From the NCBI RefSeq assembly GCF_037042905.1, contig NC_087246.1, positions 1,116,001-1,180,000 of the forward strand: a DNA stretch of 64,000 nt, written 5' to 3'. The notes under the pieces are model-generated. The model made no database searches and was not told the origin of the DNA. It saw only the letters and a program-made list of their open reading frames with translations. Source of the DNA: Lytechinus pictus. Its lineage: Eukaryota. Positions 51,601 through 62,322 of the stretch are shown here, one piece after another. Position numbers and translations under genes: made by a program. How positions within the stretch are numbered: the first letter of the stretch is position 1; each line of letters opens with the position of its first letter.

Positions 51601-54600
51601 TTCGCAAAAAATGAGCATGAATACTTTTCTACTCGAAATTTCAAAATTCTGATCAGAAGTTTGGTGCACCTCATTCAGCTCTACAAGATGGAAGAAAAAA
51701 AAATCGGTCAACAAATAAAGAAGCATATTTTAATATGACATTTTAAAATATACATAAATTAATTTCGCATAAATTAGCATAAAAATATTTCTAGTCAAAA
51801 TTTCGAAATTCTGTGTAAAAGCTTGGTGAACCTCATGAAGCTCTACCAGTCCAGATGGAAGCAAAAAAGATGTACCTCTCCTTCTTTCAAAATTCATAAC
51901 AAAATGGCCGATCGAGACTGGGTTAGGAGAGGTATCGCGTGTGGTAAAATGTACCACAGTCTGGGGCACGCGCGACTGCTCCCTACATACATGTAGTACT
52001 GTGGGATGGGTTGGAGCAACTGCCTCCTTGGTTGGAGCATAGAATACACATGTACTATGGGCTAGAGGCTGTGTTGTGTGCACACAACAATAGACCCAAA
52101 CCCCCAAGCCCTGTGCATTCATCCATGCTTGGGTGCACAACTCAGGTCTCAGCATAGCTGCATAGTCAGGCCAGCCAAGGGATCTGATCATCACTTGGAG
52201 AGTCGACCGGTGCGAGACAAGGACGTCTGTGTTTACACTTACTATACCTTCTGCTTCGCCCGTTCGCCCTTCGGGTTTCATCTAGTTGCGGCAATTATAC
52301 ATCACATCGGCAATTATACATCTACACCAAGAATACGTCACACCAGCAATATCCACAAGTTATTTAGGCCTGCTTTTTGGTTACCGTATCTTTATTTCAA
52401 CGTGCCTTGCACCAACTTCCTACTGGTGAGTATATCTGTGAACCTTCCTCCTGTTAACCCCACTTTCCACTCTTTCCCTCACAGGATATATATACTAATA
52501 CCCCAAAAATTACCACAGTGGCGCTTGCGAACCTTACTTTGCGCGAATTGGTATCCCATTGGATTTCAATTCATTTTCATTTTGATTTATTTTGAGTGTG
52601 TTTTGGGAGTGTTCTTCTTCCTTCATAAATTTTTGGAAGGGGGTAGATATTGGATATATTTAGAGTGTTTAAAAGATCAAAAATACATTGTGCTTTTGAT
52701 TTTGTATTGCTTGTGATATGATAGTGATATTCTGATTAAATTTCTGAATGCTTGTTGTGTTGCATGGGAGTGAGACTCCACAAATAAATTTGTATTTTTG
52801 ACATTTTGCAAAGCATTATTTTTACATTGGCTTTGAACGTGGTGTCTTGTGTTGAGTTAGATGGTCAGTCCATCTTCCTTTTACAGCATTTGTACAACAC
52901 GTCCCAAGTCAATCCTTGTCTTTTATACGCAATTTGTTTGTTTTTTATTCAAAACTTGAATTAATTTTACTGTCAAACTTTAGTGGGATAATTATATCAA
53001 ATTTGTTTCAAGATTATCACAGCTATCAATCTTGTAATATTTCCCAAATTGCGCAAAATTGTGATTTTTAGAATAGATTTTCTAGTCTCTTTCCCATGTT
53101 TTGTTTGTGTCATTTTTGAGTGACTCTGAGTGCTGAATTTTCATGCTCTTTGCTGTGTTTTGTTTTTGAATTTTTGCCTCGGGCGTGGCTCAGTTAGTGA
53201 ATGGACCAAGCTGAATTGTGCTTGTTTTCTTTCACTTGTTAATAGCTGAGCATTAATTCAATAGTTTGGTGATTGTTATATTTTATGTATAGTCACCACA
53301 TTTTCCAATTTGAAATAATTCTGTTTTCTGGATTAAAATAAAATACCCGGTAGGTGGATACAATATTTTCAACCATTTTTCAAGGAAGTTCCTTGTTTAA
53401 AACAAAGATATAACTGTTTGGATACTTTGCTTGATTTTAGGAATTGAAACTGGATAGAGTCATAGACTATATTTGATTTTCTTGCTATTGAATCTCAAGG
53501 TGGGATTAGGAATTTAATTTTCCGCTTTGAATTTTATATTATTCCACGTACAATTTCAAATTGTTCTGTGCTGAATGCAATTTCATAATAGGAAGGCATT
53601 TTCTACCTAGAATTTTATATTCTGGTATATATTTCTTGCTTTTCACTGTGAGCGGTTTGAGTTTTAGAACCAAGCAATTTTGCAAAGAATTTTCTGTTAG
53701 GTCAAATTGGGTTTCATGTTTTTGAAATACTTTTGATCAAACTGTGGAGGATACCACATGTTTTATAGAAGTCGATGGCAGACCTCTTCCACTTGGTGTA
53801 CTAAAGATAAAGTTTCTGTTTTAGACAAACCAAGTTATGATGGCATTAATGGAAGTTGGGAAGTTTTTCTTCAACAATTTTCTCGGTATGCCGATAAGGC
53901 AGGTTGGACCGCCAGGCAGAGAATCAATAATTTATATTTGTGTTTGCAGGGGCAAGCAGCTGAATTTTGTGCAGCTATATTTGAAAGCAACCCCAAAATT
54001 GATTTCTTTGATTTAGTTTTTGAATTGGGAAATAGGTTTGGACATGATCCACCTAATACATTCCCTCAAAATGTTCAAACCCATCAAAGATGGCATAGTT
54101 CTTTTGTAAGCCCGTTTACTTATTTTCCCAGCCCAAGAACACAATCTCCAGTTCAGGTTACCCCTAATATTTTGGAGGATTCTACCCCAAAGTCATGTAG
54201 CTATTCAAGGGACTCTGATGGAGTTGGAAAGTCTCAATGGAAAACTGAGATGGCCTCTATTAATAACAAGTTAGACAATCTCATTAGTACGCTTTCTGAA
54301 CTTTCCAAATCTAATAACCACCCAAACTGGGAAGGGTTGAAGATAGAGGCCGACCTTCAACCTTAAAAACAGAAGGCCAGGGTTCCATATTAAGCAAAAA
54401 GAATTTGGATCCACCCAAATCTGGTAGTCTGATCTCTGGCAATGGGGAGGGCTTTGACCCAACAGTTGAAATAAATGTGGCTTTGACCACAGCTCTTGAA
54501 ACTGAGGGCTCCCAATCCAGTGGGGAGGGTTTTGACCCGAAAGTCGAATCAGATGTGGCTTTGACCACATCTCTTGAAACTAAGGGCTTTGACCCTAAAG

Positions 54601-57600
54601 TTGAATCAGATGTGGCTTTGACCACGTCTCTTGAAACTGAGGGCTCCCAATCCATACCTGACCAGGGATTGACTTCAACCGTAAGGGTGAAGCTTGATCT
54701 GAGCAACAAAATAGATGAAGGTGTTTCCTCATTTTCTAGTGAGGGTCCATGCTTAATTGTTAATGCACCTATTATTTCTGAATCTGCAAATGAGCAGTGC
54801 AAAGATCTTATTTCTGATCCTTTATTTTTAAGTCCTAAAGTGGTAGAAAGAGAAGCCACTCCAGCCAAAACAGAATTGCCAGCTGATGTAAATAAAATGA
54901 CTGTCAATTCTAACATTTCTGATAGTTCAGAAATTACCATTCAATCTAAGCCGAATTTGTATTATGTAAATATGTGTAAGATTGGGTTGAATTTGTTAGG
55001 ATTTAATCCTAACCCACATAAGCATGCAGTGTACTGGGATAGCGCTGTAGCTTTTCAGCTGCATCAAAGTCACGGGTGGAGTGACCCACTACTGTATTTT
55101 GGCATTGAGCGTGATCACCGTTGCTATCCTTTTAGGTTGTACGGTACCACCTTGGTACCACCGTGGAATTGCATAGATGATTTATTTTGCCCGCATACAT
55201 TCAAGAAAATGTACTTTGGCATTGATCATTTTATGTTGCTATAATTTGATAATTATTGATAAGGGATATGAGTGCTGGAGGAAATTCTCATAACATTCCT
55301 TTTGCAGTTATTACTTAGAGACAAATTGTCTGGTATTCATTGATCAATTTTTTTACTAAGGAATTTACACCATTGCTTGATATTCATATTTTGTACCAAG
55401 ATTGATTTAAATTTAAAAGCATGGTGTTCTAAATATTCACACCTGAAGATTGACTTCCAGTTGTGATTAGGAATCAAGAGCTGAGAAGCAGAGAAAGTAT
55501 TTCTTTTGCTCAATGACTCTAACCCTAATCATGATTTGATTTTAACTTTATAAAAAGATTTCAAGAGAAAAATATCCTGAAGTGTTTTACTTTTTTTTTT
55601 GCATCTAGAATGACCATTCAATCTTTTTATGGAGCACTAAAGCAAGTGAGTGAAAACAATTGCTCTGATATTTTATTATTCACAACATATTTTTCCTGGG
55701 GATATTACCCCTGAATCCTCAAAAATAAAAAGGAGGGGGTAGGGGATAATGAAAATTTCATTAAATATTATTCAGTAAGTTCATTCAGTTCATTAAAGTA
55801 AACCTGTCTGTGAACATTGTTACTTTATCCCTTTAAAGTTTAAATAATTATATTGAGGAATGCTTTTAAAGTTAAGTTTATTCTATCCAAGCTTAACATG
55901 CGCATATAACATACAGCCCACCATTTAGGTTTTATCAAAAGGGGTAAAATGCTTTTGAATTCAAAATGATTCAAAGTTATTTCCATTGATAATGTTTGTA
56001 AGCAGATTCCTCATGTTATTGTGTTCAAAGCTTTTATACAAAACTACTCCCCTTTTAATTAGGCAGATGCTTTAGATAATTTCATTCAGTGCTTTCTATA
56101 GAAAGTTATTTCCATTGATTAACAGGTTCTTCAATCAATTGGAAGATCTGCAGAAAGCATCCGAAAATAAGCTATTGATCAATTTCCATCAAATAATACA
56201 AACAAATGTATTTCTTTTGTTCAAAGTTTCTTAAGCAGACCCTCTGAATATTTGAGAGCAGACTTGAGAAACATCCAAATTTATTGTCTCCAACCCTGGG
56301 ATTTCTTCCATTTAATTGCAGAACATAAATAATAGATTGGAATTGCTATTGTATATAGAAAGGTAGGGCAATCTAATTGTTTAAGGGTGACCCCAACTTT
56401 TCAGACTAAAGGTGAAAGCATTGTAAATGGCTCACCTTTGGTGCAATTCCTCTTCCAGGGCAATGAGTTATGTAATTTGCATTCTTTTCTTTAAGAATCT
56501 TGCAGGGGCTACAGTAGATACAATAGTTCATAGGAAGCCAAGTCTATCCGAATTAATCTTAATTGTTAATCAGGGGTGTTACCAGGGAGTTCCAATTGAG
56601 TTGGTTTATTCAGTACATATTTATTTTGAGAGTACTTGTTATTTCCCATGTGCTTGTCCATGGTCAAAATACATGTAGTTACCTCGGAATATTTTTTGTG
56701 CTGATGAACTAATAATGTCTTTGTTAGAGTAGCTGCAAAATTGACATTCATTTTCTAAAATCTGACATTTTACTATCACTCAGAATGTCATTGACATCAT
56801 TGAATACAATTCTTCTTTAACATTGACATAAGTCACTTATCATAATGGGACACATTTTTAATGATTATGCTATAAATCATTAAATAACCTGAAAAGCTGA
56901 CACTGTCTTAACATTGATATTGTAATTAGAGACAAGAGTTACATGAATGTAAACACTTGTCAATATATCTTTTTGATAGATGGGGTTTTTATTTGTGGTC
57001 TTTTATTGAATTAGTTAATGAATAGAACTTATACCTTGAGCAAATGAGTTTCCAGTCCATTGCTTCCAAAATGTTTGAGTAATTTACAAATATTATGCTA
57101 TATTTGGGCGCAATATTCCTGGGATTATTTAATGTAGGTTAGTGTGTATAAGGTCTTGAATTTTATGACTTCAGACTTCATCATTTTGCAGGGTTATTCA
57201 TTTTTAAACTTCACGACCAGAATGTCTTTTTCTTTATTCTGGTTATAGCCTCCTTGGGAATCTGTTAACTTATGGATTTCTGCAAGGAAGATATAAGAAT
57301 CGTTGAAAATAAAGCAAATTGATAGAGTTCAATGAGGTCCTCTTTTTACTGGATAGATGACAAATATTAACAGATTCTCCTAAATCTGATTGTTCGTCTC
57401 TTGGCAATGAGGGCGGAGATCCATCGAAGGACTCCAGACCCAATCCTGGCCGAGGACAAGCCCCAGAAGTTGGGATTTGTATTTATTCAGTAATATTAAT
57501 CAAGCCCCAAATCTAAATGTCTAAGAATTTATCTTTATGGAAGGGATTAAGACTAAAACAAATTTTATAGAAATTTTGTCAGACCTTTGGGTCAACTATT

Positions 57601-60600
57601 TTGCTGGCTGCTGCAAGCATGCGTTCATATGTACATTACAAATTGTAGACATTCCAGTATTCCTGGGATGAGGTTAAGCTTGTCAAGTGAAGTGTTTAAC
57701 AATCAAAGGATCCTTTCATAAATTCACATTGATGAGCTACCCCATTAACTGTCTGCTCAGAAAGCTTAAACTTTTTCACAAGAATTATTTTTCTGGTTTA
57801 AAATTAAATGTACACATCGGCTTTTGTAAACAATTGTTAGGGTGTCTTTCCCTTACAGGAGTAAAGATTTCTAGATCTTGACTTGTGTAGGGTGATAGTA
57901 CGCCAACAAAGTCATTCTCCCTAGATTTCTTATTTACATTGGTCAACTTCTTTACAATTGACCACGTTTTCATCTTATGAATATGAGATATCATTCCTGG
58001 GATTTCCTCTTGGAAGTCAAGTTCCAATAATGATGGGATTAAGACTTGCAACAATTGTTGTAGCAAATCCAGTCGTTTGGCTAGAACTTGCAGTGAAAGT
58101 TGAGTCTAGAACCTGCAGACAAACTCGTGGTCTAGAACTTGCAGGGAAAGTCAGGTCTAGAACTTGCAGAGAAACTTGTGGTCTAGAACTTGCAGGGAAG
58201 TCAAGTCTAGCAGTACAATCGGTTGCAGACAATCTAGTACAGAACTAGAGTCAAGACACAGCTATGACTTGTGCTAGACTTCAAATCTCGTACTACATTG
58301 TGTTTTTTTAAAACTGGTCAGTTTCTGACCTGTCGCAATACTTCGGCAGCAACATCTGTATTTGACGCAATTGCGTGGAAGCATTAAGTAAGTCTTCCCA
58401 AGCATTTTAGAAAATATGCATTTCATGTATTCTTTATATCCCTTGCGGGCGAAAGGCTTGACCTTCGCTCTTCTTGCAGTCCATTTTGATATTAATATTT
58501 TTGCAAAACTTTAGAAACTCCCTTGTAGTCTCGGTATTAGCATCAAGCTTATCATGTGGCAGCGTATGTTTGATTAAAATACTTGTATTAAAAAGTCACA
58601 TTGATAAGTCTCCCCTTGACCTTTTACCTGAGAAGTTGGATAGTTCTTTTATTTAAAATAAATTTGGGCATATAAATATACTGACTTAATGGCATGTTCA
58701 TCCTCTGACCCTTGCGACTCCAGACAGTTTCTTACAAACATCTGAGAGCGGCAGTGGATTAACATTTATCGTTCCCTCCTTTCACTGAGGACTGCTTAGA
58801 TCCACATGTGTACATATGACATATGGCCGGACAGTCCAAAAATAGAGGAAGTAACGATGTCCTAAAGTCGGGGGGAGTGTGGTAAAATGTACCACAGTCT
58901 GGGGCACGCGCGACTGCTCCCTACATACATGTAGTACTGTGGGATGGGTTGGAGCAACTGCCTCCTTGGTTGGAGCATAGAATACACATGTACTATGGGC
59001 TAGAGGCTGTGTTGTGTGCACACAACAATAGACCCAAACCCCCAAGCCCTGTGCATTCATCCATGCTTGGGTGCACAACTCAGGTCTCAGCATAGCTGCA
59101 TAGTCAGGCCAGCCAAGGGATCTGATCATCACTTGGAGAGTCGACCGGTGCGAGACAAGGACGTCTGTGTTTACACTTACTATACCTTCTGCTTCGCCCG
59201 TTCGCCCTTCGGGTTTCATCTAGTTGCGGCAATTATACATCACATCGGCAATTATACATCTACACCAAGAATACGTCACACCAGCAATATCCACAAGTTA
59301 TTTAGGCCTGCTTTTTGGTTACCGTATCTTTATTTCAACGTGCCTTGCACCAACTTCCTACTGGTGAGTATATCTGTGAACCTTCCTCCTGTTAACCCCA
59401 CTTTCCACTCTTTCCCTCACAGGATATATATACTTATTACACCTAATTTTACTACACGCGACAGAACTTTTCGTTTTTTTGAGGTTCCAGTCTGTGCCTC
59501 GATGTCAGGATGCTGTCACACGATAGACCTTCATCCATATAATCGTGGTAAGTGCATAATTTCACATTTTTAAAGTAAGTTATTGAGACCCCAATCTACC
59601 CCAGTCCCGTGTCTATGTCTAAATGCACGGTGGACTCCTGGGCTCTGGCCCGCTCCCTGGGTTAATTTTACCCATATGTTTTCTACACAGCAACGTGCGA
59701 TGGTTTACGTACTCAACGCTAGTGGATGTCCTTCCCCATGAGCATTTATCAAGTGTTTCAAAAAAATCGCTGAAGTGTCCGATCTTCCCCTTGTAGTATC
59801 TTTGACGTAAGCGACATCACATCTAGAATTCTAGATACTAAGATAGTGCTTCTGAGTGATGTCTGAATTACCCCTTTCTCAGTTTCTGATTGAGATTCAG
59901 CCGAGAAGAGATTCTTGTGATTAAAATATTAAATAATTAAACTGCAGACAAAAAGGTGCATTTTGATTGGACATTATCCCCCCCAAAAAAAATTGTTGAA
60001 GATGAGTAATGGGTGGTCCTGGCTTAGTTTTAGGCCCTACAATACAAAGATAAGATCGTGTTTCAAGTACGATGATAATGATACACCAACCTGGTGGACT
60101 GTACAGTACTTTAACGTAGCCAGGCGGCTTCTTGAGAGTAAAAATCATTTACTCACGTAGGCTTAGTCTCAATGAAGCCAGGGAGTCCCCCAAAACCTGA
60201 AACTTTCACCCCCGAGATTTCTACTTTCCTTCTAAAAGATCTAGCTATAGCTATAAATCATGTACACGCGAGCGTCGCGTAACGTTGGGGAAGTACAATA
60301 AGAAACAAGATGGCGGCGTAAACATCGGGCAAGTCTCTTCCGTCTTTTCACAATATTTTTTCATTTTTTTGATGAATTCTTATTTAAAAATAACGAGAGC
60401 GTAGAAATGTCGGAAATGAAATTTTATCCCATGATGTACATGATTTATGGCTAGAATAGATGTAAGTAGAAATCTCGGGGGCGAAAGTTTCAGGGGTTTT
60501 TGCGGTACACGCACATGAATAGGAAGGACTCCCTGGCTTCATTGAGAGTAAGCCTACGTTATTAAATGATTTTTACTATCAAGAAGCTGCCTGGCTACTT

Positions 60601-60864
60601 AAGTAACGGATGATGATGATGTTTCCGAATACCACCCCTGGACCCTGGTCCTATATATGACTGGGACTGTACAATTAAACTACAAATACAATAACATATT
60701 TACACAAATTTTAATCTAAGCCAGACTTCACTGTCACAGTCACACATTCATTGACAGACATGACACTGACAGAACAAACAATCAATGGAACGTTCATCTG
60801 CCAATAAGTAAATACTACAGTAATTTTTTTCTCAGGAAAACAACTAATTACCTTCCTTATTCAT
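39672..60864 (-). CDS. EIF2B1: Translation initiation factor eIF2B subunit alpha, 9 exons
   Basis: Exons 60864-60852 (MNKE), 47680-47579, 46941-46802 ([13 protein letters not shown]), 46382-46266, 44562-44450 ([10 protein letters not shown]), 43059-42991, 41737-41662 ([14 protein letters not shown]), 40854-40726 (IGTYQ...AESFKFVR) and 39827-39672 (HPLIDYTPP...[21 protein letters not shown]). All are GT-AG and phase-consistent. Confidence 0.96.
42113..42978. mobile_element. Kolobok-like MITE with TTAA TSD, inserted just past an EIF2B1 splice donor
   Basis: ttaa|AGACCCTGACCGG ... CCGGTCTGGATCT|ttaa; internal inverted GTGATTCCATAGGTTTGT / ACAAACCTATGGAATCAC. Confidence 0.6.
43900..44075 (-). 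mobile_element. tRNA-derived SINE 5' fragment
   Basis: GGTGTGTTGGCTCAGTTGGTAGAGCAT...GGAGTTCAAAGCCC head continues into a non-tRNA body. Confidence 0.65.
45172..45903 (+). mobile_element. Helentron-like element with a ~154-bp array
   Basis: ATACACCCGTCT / AGATGGGCGTAT sub-TIR, GACG tract, GACCTTTGACC units. Confidence 0.65.
48025..48656 (+). mobile_element. L2/CR1-group LINE 3' fragment with a (TTTGAA)n tail
   Basis: [42 protein letters not shown], then AATAAA and (TTTGAA)4. Confidence 0.7.
48773..49035 (-). mobile_element. CR1 LINE RT C-terminal fragment
   Basis: [13 protein letters not shown]...[12 protein letters not shown]...[13 protein letters not shown]. Confidence 0.8.
49270..49464 (-). 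mobile_element. Penelope-like terminal-repeat fragment with a type I hammerhead core
   Basis: Minus strand reads CTGAAGA-CGGACAGTCAACCTGCCC-GAAAC-GTCGA-GTC, then CAGTCCTTTTCAGGACTAC. Confidence 0.6.
53758..54366 (+). CDS. Truncated Gypsy gag/capsid-like ORF (202 aa)
   Basis: [42 protein letters not shown]...[10 protein letters not shown] resembles the N-terminal capsid domain of Ty3/Gypsy Gag. There is no zinc knuckle. Confidence 0.7.
   Translation: MFYRSRWQTSSTWCTKDKVSVLDKPSYDGINGSWEVFLQQFSRYADKAGWTARQRINNLYLCLQGQAAEFCAAIFESNPKIDFFDLVFELGNRFGHDPPNTFPQNVQTHQRWHSSFVSPFTYFPSPRTQSPVQVTPNILEDSTPKSCSYSRDSDGVGKSQWKTEMASINNKLDNLISTLSELSKSNNHPNWEGLKIEADLQP
54405..55244 (+). other. Open frame of unknown status with three GFDP(K/T)VE..VALTT(S/A)LET repeats
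   Basis: Follows gag directly, has a TTG start and contains no recognisable protease or RT motif. Confidence 0.3.
60115..60598. mobile_element. Kolobok-like MITE carrying a YY1 consensus
   Basis: TIR GTAGCCAGGCGGCTTCTTGAGAGTAAAAATCATTT / AAATGATTTTTACTATCAAGAAGCTGCCTGGCTAC, TTAA on both flanks, CAAGATGGCGGC at 60306. Confidence 0.75.
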
Positions 60865-60879
60865 TACTATTGCAGAGAG

Positions 60880-61060
60880 TTCCTCTAATTTATCCCAGCT
60901 CAGTCAGACTCAAGAAGAGTCAGAGTCGAGTCATTGGTCACAACCACCATACCACGCGCCAGTACAAGTACACCTGGCCGGCCAGCCGGGCCCCGCAATT
61001 CGCAAATGGCGGTACCGTAATTGCCTTGTGAGTCGAGACCTCGCCCTCGGCCTCGGAAAG
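60880..61060. promoter_or_regulatory. Putative bidirectional promoter EIF2B1 / zinc-finger gene
   Basis: GC/CpG-rich patch directly upstream of EIF2B1 exon 1, with CAAATGGCGG at ~61003. Confidence 0.55.
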
Positions 61061-62322
61061 ACGTCACCTTTAAGTTTTCAGAAAATGGGAAAATATCAAC
61101 TTGGAAGTTGGAATCATGCAGCGTGGTTTCATATCATGAGAAAGCGGATTGCGGTAAGAATATGGTGAAAGTTTTGATTGAAATGTTGGCACTTTTGACG
61201 ACCAGAGATCAGCGCGAGGAAGCGTAGTTTGACCAAATGACATTACTGTCAGCTGGCCGGTTTGTGTTCGTGTTGTGTATGCCCCACATACTAATTTTCG
61301 TGTCAGAAGAGAAGTCGCAGTGCCTGAGCTGTGCTGTGCATGTGGCTGTGTCTTTGATTTGAATTTAAATAGATCTAGTCTAGTCTAGATCTACTCATCA
61401 TTCTTGTCTTTCTGTTAATGCACACAGTCATTGTATTGATGATTCAATGAATGAACAGTCAATATGATTACCTTTTTCTCTGTTACTATACTAATAGTAA
61501 TACTATTCTAAATCCCGGCATATGAAATAAAGACAAAAGTTGCCAATGTTTGGCTTATTATTTTCTCCTGTTCTTTTTTACACTGTCTTGCCTCTTGGGT
61601 AGCAAGGAGGCACCTAGAGAGTAAAAATCATTTACTAACGTATGCTTACCCTCCACGGAGCCAGGGATTGCGTCCCATTCATGTGCGTGTACCGCGATAA
61701 AAACTGTAAATCCCGTCTTTTCATAATATTTTTTTTTTTTTTTTTAATGAATTCTTGTGTAAAAATGAAATCAGTATCATAGAAATGTCGGAATGAAGTT
61801 TTATCCCATTTATTTGCATGATTTAGGGCTAGATCTTTAACTGGGGGGGGGGGGACGAAAGTGAACTTATTTGGGAAAATGTTTGAACTCAGTTCACACA
61901 TGAAGGTAAATGGTCACATGATTATCTCGCTGTTTGGTATTTTTTTCTGAAATATAAAAGCTCCGATCTTTGCTATTTTAGCTCTCAACCCAGACCGGCT
62001 TGGCCCGGGGAAATCCCCCCAACTCGCCGGTCTCCCAGTTCCAGCTCCCAGCATAAGTTGCAATTTACAAGTGCTTTGAAATGAGTTTGAACAGATAGTG
62101 TGGGCTGGGGTAGATAAATGAAATGGAGATAAATCCATAGCATCTATTTGGTACTTGTTTGGGTTATCTTGAGGGCAAGAGTTCCATGTGTTTACCCCCA
62201 GTATGCCTAGTAAAATTGACATGAACTTATACCTTCAATTCAATTTTCACGGTTCCTTTGCTCTTTTTTTTTACAGGAAGATCTCTGGGCTCTACTTAGT
62301 CTGCTCAACTCAAGATGTCAAA

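Larger units (their letters stand above)
51940..59456 (+). mobile_element. Non-autonomous Gypsy-type LTR retroelement (LARD-like), 7.5 kb, in EIF2B1 intron 1
   Basis: LTRs at 51940-52517 and 58878-59456 (TG...CA). 4-bp TSD CGCG at 51936-39 and 59457-60. PBS-like TGGCGC at 52519, PPT GGGGGGAG before the 3' LTR. No pol ORF in the track. Confidence 0.92.

Noticed and set aside
52180-52285. Possible hammerhead in the LTR (retrozyme idea)
   Set aside because: There is no correctly arranged CUGANGA/GAAA core on either strand, only a CCC-GAA-GGG mini-hairpin.
51730-52716. 145-212-aa ORFs overlapping the LTRs (also 58782-59573)
   Set aside because: No recognisable domain; they cross element boundaries and are duplicated only because the LTR is.
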